Position numbers and translations under genes: made by a program | In this document: in pieces, positions 36,992-48,869 of the stretch | Layout: the number at the start of each line of letters is the position of its first letter | Numbering within the stretch: the first letter of the stretch is position 1 | Notes under the pieces: model-generated | The model's database searches: none | What the model saw: the letters and a program-made list of their open reading frames with translations, nothing else | Told to the model about the DNA's origin: nothing | Origin: Octopus sinensis | Taxonomy: Eukaryota | DNA length: 64,000 nt | Direction: 5' to 3' | Assembly: GCF_006345805.1 (NCBI RefSeq) | Contig: NC_043001.1 | Span: forward strand, 75,764,001-75,828,000

Positions 36992-37074
36992 TCCCTCTGA
37001 AGAGATCATACTCAGAAATATGAACTTAATATTCAATTAATTTCACTGTGTATAACTGAAACAGCTGTAAGGGA
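36992..37074 (+). ncRNA. Candidate type I hammerhead ribozyme with long stem II insert
   Basis: UCCCU CUGAAGA (54-nt insert) GAA ACAGCUGU A AGGGA: 5-bp stem I, palindromic stem III, GUA triplet. Confidence 0.55.
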
Positions 37075-38055
37075 TAATGAGCGATTTGTTGGTGATAATA
37101 AACTCTTATTAACTTCAAAAAATCTCCGTGTTCTTTTTCCTTTGCATGAATATAAACTATACAAACCTATTATTTTAAGGAAATCATTTTCCCACAAAAT
37201 ATTAGGTATTGAACCAGTATTTCTTTGGATGACACCATCCTTTCATGAAGCTAACATAACCTCTAACTGAATATATATATATATGTATGTATAAACAATA
37301 AAGAAACAGCAACGCGCACCTTAAATACTCTGTGTATTTATATATTGATTATCGCAGCACCTTTAATAAATCTACAATTTATTTTCAACACCCTCTATAT
37401 CAACCTAAATACATCTATTACACTCGGATACAAATTTGTGGAATCTACACAAATATGGAATACTGTATTAGTCATCGAGATTTTTTTTTATTTTTCCAGT
37501 CCCTAAGGTCCTGTCAACTTTAATATGATTGATCTTTTCTTTGCCCTTTATTGATTATTTTGTTACTCCTTATGTTTTTTTTTAATTACTTCAACACCAT
37601 TTTCCGTTGACATCTTGTCACAACACTAGACTGCTGGATAATGGCTACTCCAGTTTTCAGTCGGGAACATTTTCTATGAGTGTATGTGTGCGTTATTGTG
37701 TGTGTGTGTGTGTGAGTGTGTGTGTGTATTTGTGTTTCTGTCTATAAATATGTCTCAGTTTATGTCTGTATATGAGTCTATGTCTGTGTGTGTCTCATCA
37801 TTTACGTATGTATCTCTGGGAATGTGTGAGTGTGTTTTGTGTGAAGCTGTGTATGTGTGTGTTTGTGTGTGTGTGAGTAGATGTATGCGTGTCTTGGTGT
37901 CCATGTGCTTGTGCGTGTTTGTGTATGTGTGTGTGTATTTACATGTGTTTTTCTGTGTCGCTATGTCCACGTGTCTCCGTTGCACTGTATACGTTTGTAG
38001 TCGTGTGTCTGTGTGTTTGTCAGTCTCTGTATCTATGTGTGTGTTCGCATGCATT

Positions 38056-38107
<52 letters not shown>

Positions 38108-38862
38108 TATGCATATGTCAACGTTATATCTGTGCATATATCTGTACGAATGCATATTGTATGTCTATGTGGTTGGGAGTGGGCGGGTATGTCTCTGTCA
38201 GATGTGCATGTATATGCGTGTATGTATGTATGTATGTATGTATGTATGTATGTATGTATGTATGTATGTATGTATGTATGTATGTATGTGTGTGTGTGTG
38301 TATGTATGTGTGTATATGTGCCTGTGTCTGTGTGTTCCATGCAATGAAATGAGTCTGAATTGCTATTTTCTTCTCTCGAGAAAACTGTTAACATTATTGT
38401 TCTCTCAATTTTTCCACAAATTCATCAGTCATATTCCCAGAAAGGAAAATCCCTGCATGGTCGATTTAGTTGCTAGAAAATGTATCCAAACTTTCCTCAA
38501 ATCAGACGTTAGCATGTTAAGAAACGGGCTTAATATTAGATAAGTACCAATTGAATACTGGGATCAATGTATTCGACCAACCCACCTCCATTAAGTTCTC
38601 TCCGTTAACTTCTTTTCGCTTTTCCAACTTTTCAGGGCAAAAAAACCTTCAAGTAGCTCTTGCTACCACAACCATAACGATTGGATTGAGATCATTAAGA
38701 CTTGTGTTCCCAACCATATACTTCCTCTCATCACCACTACATTGACCATCTTCCATTCAGCGATACAAGGGGAGAAACGAACCACTGGTTAAAATCATGG
38801 CCGATATCCTTGTCTACCACCGTTATACTTTGTTTCCGGTTAAAAAAATATAAGAACGGATG

Positions 38863-39330
38863 TACGAGCGGGTGCTGAAAAGTTCCAGGCTTTGGATAAA
38901 AGGAAATACAGGAGCATCAGTTAATTATGATTTTATTCAATATATACTACTCTCAAATTCACACACTTATCGCAGCGGTCCTTTAAATTTTTCTAAGCCC
39001 TGTATAAGAGCCCGGAAGGCTGGACTTCCAACCATGCTTTTCGCGATACCCTTGAAACCAGGAATTTTTCAGCACCCCTTCGTATGCCAATCACTACTTC
39101 TGTTTGCTTTTACCTTGGTGGCTTCGGTTCTAAACAGGAGGCAGTTTCACAGGTCTGCCATAATGGATTTTGAACACTTTTCGTACCATCTTTTCTATTT
39201 GCTCTTTGCACGACAGCACAAACCCTACCACCATCATTTTCAGTGTATATAATTCCATCATCTTCCATCCATGCCTTTCCTTAAATATACGCCTCAGATG
39301 AGGAAAGATTGTGCTGTTTCACATACTTCT
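38863..39330. mobile_element. Mariner-type non-autonomous relic
   Basis: Begins tacgagcgggtgctgaaaagttccaggc (mariner-like terminus after TA); the right terminus is not clearly recognisable. Confidence 0.4.
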
Positions 39331-39549
39331 TACATGAATTTAATCATGTCTAGTTTTCTCTGTTAGAAAGACATCTCAGACAAGCCTTTAATTTTCAATG
39401 ATGTATATATTCATTTTTGACATATTCCGAGCGATTTGACAGTGAATAGTCTAATTTTTGTTGTTTCGCCTACAGAGAACAACATCCCCCTTTACAACAA
39501 CGCACACGATTCAGTGACAGAAGAGGACTTTGAGACACTAATGTTTCAA

Positions 39550-40101
39550 CCTGATGCAGTACCAGGCAGTGGCTGTCATGGCTTCTGATCTTAACTGATT
39601 GGAAGTGTTATCATGTACATTGTTTTGTCTTGGTATAAAAGATGAGCTACAGCAAATATTCTGCTCAATACGACAGATTTGCTTGTCAGTTGTTTGACCT
39701 TAACCAGTTGAGCATGTCCCTTAGTGGCTGACAATATGTGCATCTCTGATCACGAGCGGAAGTAGTGGGGGAGCATCATAGCCATGTGTTGAGAGGGATT
39801 CTATGGAGTTTGAATAATTCACCTCTGGAAACATAGGTGTTTCGTTCAACATCCTTAAACGACCCTTATTCAGGGACCTTTTGAGCGGGATGGGTTACTC
39901 GACCAGAAGAAAATTCTAACTGGGCCCCACCTGCAAGGTCATGTGCTGTTTATCTTCATATGAGATCACCATGTCGCGCACATATGGTTGTGATGCTTGT
40001 GCCTGGTGTACCCTTATCAGAAGGGTAGTCATGATGGGTATACTGGGCTTCGTATATTTTACCCCAGTGTCACTTTGATGGCATGCACTGCTCTCTCACT
40101 C
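39550..40101 (+). mobile_element. Unclassified ~550-bp non-coding element, copy 1, with (AAT)n tail 40102-40218
   Basis: Aligns end-to-end with 43611-44161: cctgatgcagtaccaggcagtgg ... gcatgcactgctctctcactc(aat)n. Confidence 0.9.
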
Positions 40102-40117
40102 AATAATAATAATAATA

Positions 40118-40895
<778 letters not shown>

Positions 40896-40914
40896 ATAAT
40901 AATAATAATGAAAT

Positions 40915-41225
40915 TATTGTATACAGTGCTCAGGTGCACCACAACTTGTCAGAAAGTGCATATAAAGTACATGCAGTAATGTAAAAATGTCTGGAAAGCG
41001 AACAATGTATGAGTCAGATACATGCCTGTGTGTGTATGGAGGGGAGAAAATCAGGTGTAGTGTTGGCGAATCTCAGAAAGCATGGAAGTTTTGAAGGATG
41101 CAGTGCTCCGACAACTAACAACTGATGCCGGCAGTTTGTTCCATGCTTCAGCAACTCTCAGCGTGAAAAAATGTTTCCTGAAGTCATGGGAGCTGTGCTG
41201 TTTTCTGACTTTGTAAATATGTCTG
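40915..41225 (-). mobile_element. CR1-like LINE 3' terminal fragment
   Basis: Minus frame HDFRKHFFTLRVAEAWNKLPASVVSCRSTASFK, the typical CR1 C-terminus. Confidence 0.8.
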
Positions 41226-41272
41226 ATGACTAAAGACTCTGGTACATTTTTACCTACACTGTGTTACGAAGG

Positions 41273-41317
41273 AATAATAATAGTAATAATAATAATATAA
41301 TAATAATAATAATAATA

Positions 41318-41350
<33 letters not shown>

Positions 41351-41424
41351 TAATAATAATGATAATAATAATAATGATGATGATAATAATGATAATAATA
41401 ATAATAATAATGATAATGATGATG

Positions 41425-41515
<91 letters not shown>

Positions 41516-41533
41516 TAATAATAATAATAATTA
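41273..41533. repeat. (AAT)n microsatellite with GAT interruptions; further tracts at 41880-42183, 43253-43321, 43543-43608, 44162-44320, 44915-45085 and (ATT)n 47417-47605
   Basis: Directly visible. Confidence 0.97.
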
Positions 41534-41534
41534 T

Positions 41535-41876
41535 AACAAGAGCGCTCAGAGAGCGCAAACCTCCGCCAAGGAAACACCAACGATTAGCCTGAGAGGATTT
41601 CTAAAATGAGAATATCTGTAATAAATTCCACTGCTTTCACAAACTAGAATACTAAAAATGAACCCAACTTCTCTCAAAAAACCGGAAAAATAAGCCAGAT
41701 TCCTTGTTTGGTAATGGATTGATCCAAAAATCTATTCAGTTTGTGCCACTCACGAGGCCAAACATCCCTGAAAGATTCAGCCAAATCCATCCAGCGGATC
41801 TTGAGATATCTTGTCCACGGACGAACAAACAAGCAACCACGACTGAAAACAACTCCACCGCCTTCGCTAAAGCGGA

Positions 41877-41881
<5 letters not shown>
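41535..41881 (+). mobile_element. Helentron-associated (HINE/DINE-1-like) non-autonomous element
   Basis: 5' aacaagagc..aaacctccgcc subterminal repeat, internal caaatccatccagcggatcttgagatatc, 3' hairpin ccgccttcgctaaagcggagg. Confidence 0.65.
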
Positions 41882-41910
<29 letters not shown>

Positions 41911-41937
41911 TAATAATAATAATAATAATAATAATAT

Positions 41938-41985
<48 letters not shown>

Positions 41986-42012
41986 TAAAATAATGATAAT
42001 AATAATAATAAC

Positions 42013-42059
<47 letters not shown>

Positions 42060-42076
42060 TAATAAATAATAATAAT

Positions 42077-42107
<31 letters not shown>

Positions 42108-42154
42108 CAATAACAATAAAAACAACAACAACAATAATAATAATAATAATAATG

Positions 42155-42183
<29 letters not shown>

Positions 42184-42188
<5 letters not shown>

Positions 42189-43249
42189 CTGATCCAGATA
42201 TCAGCAAAACACGAGCAAAACAAAAAACTGTTCTCAGTATTTAAGGAAGCTGACAAATACAAACAAGAAATCATACCACCTAATAAACACAAAGAAGAAG
42301 AAGAAGATGATGAAGAAACAACAAAAGCTATAAAACAAATGAAATCCAAACTAAAAATAGAACTGCAACGAGCCATGATAAAACGATGGCAAGAAAAATC
42401 CCTTCATGGTAAATACTGCACTAAACTAAACGCAAAAGAAATAGACAAAGAAAAATCCCAGCAATGGTTGAGAAGCTCAGGACTCAAAGCAGAAACAGAG
42501 GGATTTTTAATTGCAGCACAAGACCAAAGCCTCCCCACCAGAAATTACCAAAAACATGTAATGAAAAGAAATATTACAAGTAACTGCAGAATATGTGGAG
42601 ATGGACAAGAAACAATAAATCATATTATCTCTAGCTGCCCAGTCTTGGCTAAGAAGGAATATATTCACAGACATGACAGAGTTGGAACCTACATACATTG
42701 GAAGCTATGCCAACATTATGGAATAACAACAGAAAAAAGATGGTATAGGCACACACCAGAAAAGGTCACAGAAAACGAGAAAGCAACCATACTCTGGGAT
42801 ATGCCGATACACACAGATAGAGAAATTAAGGCCAACAGACCAGATATAGTTGTCAGAGATCATGAAGAAAAAAAATGCTTTCTAATTGATGTATCAATAC
42901 CGGCAGATGACAACGTGTCTCTAAAAGAAATGGAGAAACTCTCAAAATACAAAGACCTGGAAATAGAGGTAACTAGAATGTGGAACCTGAAAACAGAAAC
43001 AATTCCTATCATAGTAGGTGCATTAGGCATGATAAAAAAATATTCAGACAAATACATAACAAAAACACCCAGGACTTACAAACACATATAACATACAGAA
43101 AATTGCACTACTAGGCACTGCACGCATCCTACGCAGAACACTTTCCATACAATAACCATCAGAGCATCACAACAAATCACAGCACATACCCAAGTCACAC
43201 AGAGCTGCGCTCGGTAGTGAAGTGAAAGCACGCTATAAAAATAAAACTA

Positions 43250-43252
<3 letters not shown>
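42184..43252 (+). mobile_element. R4/Dong-type LINE, 5'-truncated, with 3' UTR and (AAT)n tail
   Basis: ORF 42339-43091: HGKY, LKAETEGFLIAAQDQSL, CRICG..ETINHIISSC, RHDRV, ILWDMPIHTD..NRPDIVV..LIDVSIP..EKLSKYKDL (REL endonuclease PD..D). Confidence 0.9.
42339..43091 (+). CDS. C-terminal part of Dong-like ORF (CCHC knuckle + REL endonuclease), 250 aa
   Basis: Motifs as listed for the element; reading frame uninterrupted until a terminal frameshift. Confidence 0.75.
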   Translation: MKSKLKIELQRAMIKRWQEKSLHGKYCTKLNAKEIDKEKSQQWLRSSGLKAETEGFLIAAQDQSLPTRNYQKHVMKRNITSNCRICGDGQETINHIISSCPVLAKKEYIHRHDRVGTYIHWKLCQHYGITTEKRWYRHTPEKVTENEKATILWDMPIHTDREIKANRPDIVVRDHEEKKCFLIDVSIPADDNVSLKEMEKLSKYKDLEIEVTRMWNLKTETIPIIVGALGMIKKYSDKYITKTPRTYKHI

Positions 43253-43322
<70 letters not shown>

Positions 43323-43541
43323 GTCCTTTCTGTTATAGGTACAAGGCCTGAAATGTTGTGGAGAGAGGGCTTATCGATTAGATCGACCCCAATACTCAAC
43401 TGGCATTTAATTTATCGACCCCGAAAGGATGAAAAGCAAAGTCGATCTCGGTGGAATTTGATCTCAGAACGTAGAGACGGGCGAAATACCGCTAAGCATT
43501 TTGACCGGCGCACTAACGATTCTGCAAGGTCACCGCCTTCA
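43323..43541 (-). mobile_element. tRNA-SINE family A, sharing an (AAT)n tract tail-to-tail with the upstream LINE
   Basis: Full core and A/B-box head on the minus strand. Confidence 0.88.
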
Positions 43542-43610
<69 letters not shown>

Positions 43611-44161
43611 GCCCTGATGCAGTACCAGGCAGTGGCTCTCATGGCTTCTGATCTTAACTGATTGGAAGTGTTATCATGTACATTGTTTTGTCTTGGTATA
43701 AAAGATGGGCTACAGCAAATATTCTGCTCAATGCCACAGATTTGCTTGTCAGTTGTTTGACCTTAACCAGTTGAGCATGTCCCTTAGTGGCTGACGATAT
43801 GTGCATCTCTGATATGGGGGAAAAGTAATGGGGGAAATCATAGCCATGTGTTGAGAGGGATTCTTTGGGGTTTGAATAATTCACCTCTGGAAACATGGGT
43901 GGTTCTTTCAACATCTTTAAACAACCCTTATTCAAGGACCTTTTGAGCGGGATGGGCTACTCAACCTGAAGAAAATTCTAACTGGGCCCCACCTGCAAGG
44001 TCATGTGCTGTTTATCTTCATATGAGATCACCATGTCGCGCACATATGGTTGTGATGCATGTGCCTGGTGTACCCTTATCAGACGGGTAGTCATGATGGT
44101 ATATTGGGCTTCGTATATTTTACCCCAGTGTCACTTGATGGCATGCACTGCTCTCTCACTC
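43611..44161 (+). mobile_element. ~550-bp element, copy 2, flanked by (AAT)n on both sides
   Basis: Aligns with copies 1 and 3. Confidence 0.9.
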
Positions 44162-44202
<41 letters not shown>

Positions 44203-44262
44203 GAAGAAGAAGAAGAAGAAGAAAGAAGAAGAAGAATGATAATAATAATAATAATAATAATG

Positions 44263-44313
<51 letters not shown>

Positions 44314-44321
44314 TAATAATA

Positions 44322-44914
44322 ATGTACATTGTTTTGTCTATCATGTACATTGTTTTGTTTATCATGTACATTGTTTTGTCTTATCATGTACATTGTTTTG
44401 TCTATCATGTACATTGTTTTGTCCAAGTGTTATCATGTACATTGTTTTGTCTTGGTATAAAAGATGGGCTACAGCAAATATTCTGCTCAATACCACAGAT
44501 TTGCTTGTCACTTGTTTGACCTTAACCAGTTGAGCATGTCCCTTAGTGGCTGGCGATATGTGCATCTCTGATCACGAGCAGAAGTAGTGGGGGAGCATCA
44601 TAGCCATGTGTTGAGAGGGATTCTTTGGGGTTTGAATAATTCACCTCTGGAAACATAGGTGTTTTGTTCATACAACTCTTATTCAGGGACCTTTTGAGCG
44701 GGATAGGTTACTCGGCCTGAAGAAAATTGTAACTGGGCCCCACCTGCAAGGTCATGTGCTGTTTATCTTGATATGAAATCACCATGTCGCGCACATATGG
44801 TTGTGTTGCATGTGCCTAGTGTACCTTTATCAGACGGGTAGTCATGATGGGTATACTGGGCTTCGTATATTTTACCCCAGTGTCACTTTGATGGCATGCA
44901 CTACTCTCTCACTC
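44322..44914 (+). mobile_element. ~550-bp element, copy 3, 5'-truncated with ~5 extra tandem copies of a ~21-mer
   Basis: tcatgtacattgttttgtcta reiterated at 44322-44450, then the normal body. Confidence 0.88.
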
Positions 44915-44962
<48 letters not shown>

Positions 44963-44968
44963 GATAAC

Positions 44969-45001
<33 letters not shown>

Positions 45002-45007
45002 GATAAC

Positions 45008-45112
<105 letters not shown>

Positions 45113-45125
45113 AAGAAGAAGAGAA

Positions 45126-46510
45126 TTAGGCCAAAGTCAGATACACACATTCTACTGAATCAATGAACTAGATACGATACAACACACAAATGAAAGAGAA
45201 AATATAGAAGGAATACTACAGACGAGTTAGATTAATAGTGAAACTAGAGCTCAATGCAAGAAACAAGACAATAAATATCAGCACTCTAGCCGTCCCAGTT
45301 ATAAGATACTGCTACAATATTCTTAACTGGACTCTAAATAAAGTAATCAAAATAAACAAGAAAACAAGAAGAGTGACAGAATTTAGGATGCAGTACCCAA
45401 AATCTGACATAGAAAGGTTATATTATACGTTTCGAAGGTAGTAGAGAACTTATACAGCTAGAAAACCATTGCAAAATAACTACCAAGGACTACAGAAATA
45501 CCTACTTCAGAAACAAGGTAAAACTAATGCAAATAGCCACAAAATACAAACAAATACATAAACCATTTTCAGACTTTTAGGAAGCTGACAAACGCGAAAA
45601 AGAAGTCATACTACCTAACAACTATGAAGAAAAAGAATTAACAACAAAAGCTGTAAAACAACTGAAATCCAAACTAAAACTAGAACACCAACAGATCATG
45701 ATAAAACGATGGCAAGAAACGCCCCTTCATGGCAAATATTTGGTTAAACTAAACAGAAAAGAAATACACAAAGCAAATCCCATCAATGTATGGGAAGCTC
45801 AGGACTCAAAGCAGAGACTGTAAGATTTTTAATCGCAGCATAAGACCAAAGCCTCCCCACTAGAAATTACCAAAAACATATAATGAAAAGAAACATAAGT
45901 AACTGCAGAATATGTGGAGATGGAGAAGAAACAACAAACCATATTGTCTCTGGTTTCCCAGTCCTGACAGAGAAGGAATATATTCACAGACACGACAGAG
46001 TTGGGACCTATATACACTGGAAGATATGCCAACACTATGAAATAACAACAGAAAAAAAGATGGTATTGGCACACGCCAGAAAATGCCACAGAAAACGAGA
46101 AAGCAACCATACTCTGGGATATACCAATACACACAGATAGAAAAATTAAGTCCAATAAGCCGGATATAGTTGTCAGAGATCACCAAGAAAAATTATTTTC
46201 TAATCGATGTATCAATACCAACAGATGACAATGTTTCACTAATAGAAACGGAGAAACTTTCAAAATACAAAGACCTGGAAATAGAGGTAACTCGAATGTA
46301 GAGTCTAAAAACAGAAACGATTCCTATCATAGTAGGCACGTTAGGTATGATAAAAAGATATTCAGACAAATACATTACAAAAACACCAAGACTGACAAGT
46401 ATATATAACATTCAGAAAATAGCACTACTAGGCACCGCACACATCCTACGTAAAACACTTTCAATACATTAAAAATAAGAGCATCACAATACACCAGAGC
46501 ACACACCCAA
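45126..46510 (+). mobile_element. R4/Dong-type LINE, decayed copy of the 42184 family
   Basis: ELNARNKTINISTLAVPVIRY, CRICGDGEETTNHIVS, RHDRVG; same 3' UTR ending ctactgaataat; many stops. Confidence 0.88.
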
Positions 46511-46849
46511 GACATACAGATCTGCGCTCGATAGTGCAGTAAAAGCACGTGATAAAAATAAGACTACTGAATAATAATAAGTGGATCACATCTGTCTCAG
46601 TACTTAATTTATCGATCACGGAAGTGTAAAATGCAAAGTCGACTTAGGTGGAATTAGAGCACAGAACGGAGCGAGAGGTGAAAAAAAAGAATAATAGCAA
46701 TAATGCTTTCAAAGTTTGCCACAAGGGCAGTAGTTTTTGTGGGGATGGGACTAGTCGATTACATCGATCCCAGTGTTCAACTGGTACTTATTTTATGGAC
46801 CCTGAAAGAATAAAAGGCAAAATATGGATCACGACCAGGTTGTAAAAGT

Positions 46850-47400
46850 TTTACAATGGAAATTGTAACAGAAATGGGAATTTAAAACTGAAAACCCATG
46901 GTACAATCATCGAGTGGAAAGAGTACTGGGGACGGAGAAATGTAAGATTTTGTGGGGCTTTCCTATTCAAACAGACAAGAAGTTAGAAAATAATAGGCCA
47001 GACATAACAAGTATAGATAAGGAAAAGCGAAGTTGCTTACTGATCGATCCATCATGCCGGTTTGATTCCAGAATCTTAAAGAAGGAGGACGGAAAAAATA
47101 TAATCCCTTAAAATTTGAAATAGGAAGAATTTGGAGAATGAAAACAGTAAAGGTCGTGCCTATAATAATAGGTGTGTTGGGAGCAGTAAGCACAGATATA
47201 GACAAATGGCTGAAGGAGATTGGAATAGAATGCCCGGTAGAACTCCCACGGAAGGTTTGTCTCGTAGGGACAGTAAGGATTATCAGGAGGGTTCTAAGTA
47301 CTTGACAGATAGCTGAAAACTTGTGGATACCTAAGGTTACAGGTAATAATCCGCTACCCACATAAATCCTACCAGGAATAAGACCGAACCTGAGCCAAAC
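46850..47400 (+). mobile_element. R4/Dong-type LINE 3' fragment, different family
   Basis: KILWGFPIQTDKKLENNRPDIT..LLIDPSC; VKVVPIIIGVLGAV; (AAT)n tail at 47400. Confidence 0.8.
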
Positions 47401-47416
47401 AATAATAATAATAATA

Positions 47417-47470
<54 letters not shown>

Positions 47471-47549
47471 GTTGTTGTTGTTGTTGTTGTTGTTGTTATT
47501 ATTATTATTATTATTATTATCATCATCATCATCATTATCATCATCATTA

Positions 47550-47603
<54 letters not shown>

Positions 47604-47890
47604 GTAAGAAATCATTATTATTACTGCTGTTGTTCTCGTTAGTATCACTATAATTATCATTCATTAAATATTATTTTTTTTAAACAACAGCCAAGAGAGT
47701 ATTATTAGCTTCACTTTTGCAAAACAGTTTCAACGCTAATTTCCATTTTTGATCACTGTAGAACACAAGAATTTGATTTGTTGATTACCTTATGACGTAA
47801 TCTCGACATCCGGTTTCATCAGTGTTATACTTTTTATTGTAAGTGATGCAACGGTATCCAACACTAGCAGTGGCAGCAGCAGCAGTAGCT

Positions 47891-47929
<39 letters not shown>

Positions 47930-48175
47930 TAGTAGTAGTAGTAGTACCATTACGTCAACAGTAAAACAATGTTCTTATGCGATGTTAGTAAACTACGCGA
48001 TGAAAAACATATATCTCCTGTTTGATAAAACTGCGTCGCACTATATAGTACTTAGTTGAATCAGTACAGTCAGTGCGGTGAATATATGTATAACCAGGTA
48101 ATATTGATGTATAAACATCAAAAAAATAATAGCGCAATTAATTACAGGTCGTTGAACTTCAACACATTTTTACGC

Positions 48176-48226
<51 letters not shown>

Positions 48227-48241
48227 TATAGATAGATAGAC

Positions 48242-48326
<85 letters not shown>
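48176..48326. repeat. (GATA)n microsatellite
   Basis: Directly visible. Confidence 0.97.
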
Positions 48327-48327
<1 letters not shown>

Positions 48328-48339
48328 ATACATGCTAGC

Positions 48340-48545
48340 AGGTAGAGTCGTTAATACGCTAGACAGAATGCTTAGCGGTATTTTGCCCGTCGCTACGTTC
48401 TGAGTTTAAGTTTCGTCGAGGTTGATTTTACCTTTCATCCTTTTGGGGTCGATAAATATTAAGTACCAGTGAAACACTGGGGTCGATGTAATTGCCTTAA
48501 TACCCTCCCCCAAGCTGCCCTTCTGGCAAAAATTTGAAATCACTA
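48340..48545 (+). mobile_element. tRNA-SINE family A, decayed
   Basis: cgttctgagtttaagtttcgtcgaggttgattttacctttcatccttttggggtcgataaa core. Confidence 0.8.
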
Positions 48546-48628
48546 TTAATGAATAATAGCAATAATATTATAAGTGGCCAGCAACCATTAAAGCCAAATA
48601 GGCAAATTCATAAATTTATAAGTATTTA

Positions 48629-48869
48629 TTAATTATAATTGAGGGTACACGAAGTACCAGCGTTGCTAGAAATAAGAGTCTAAAAATACTCAAATAAGCC
48701 ACCATTTCACTGAAAATTCAACAGGTTAACGAAAATCTAGGAACGATTTTGCTCGTACCTCGATTTTCCTGAGTCTGTTGAATTTTCAGTGAAATGGTAG
48801 TTTATTTGAGTATTTTTCGTCTCTTACTTCTAGCAACGCTGGTACTTCGTGTAACCTCAATTTTAATTA
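48629..48869. repeat. Hairpin with ~96-bp arms and ~50-bp loop at the end of a PLE
   Basis: Arms 48629-48724 / 48775-48869, about 7 mismatches. Confidence 0.9.

Noticed and set aside
43611-43950. HDV-like ribozyme at the 5' end of the ~550-bp element
   Set aside because: Only a partial P1 pairing (gccctga / tcaggga) is seen; there is no P3/L3 or P1.1 geometry.
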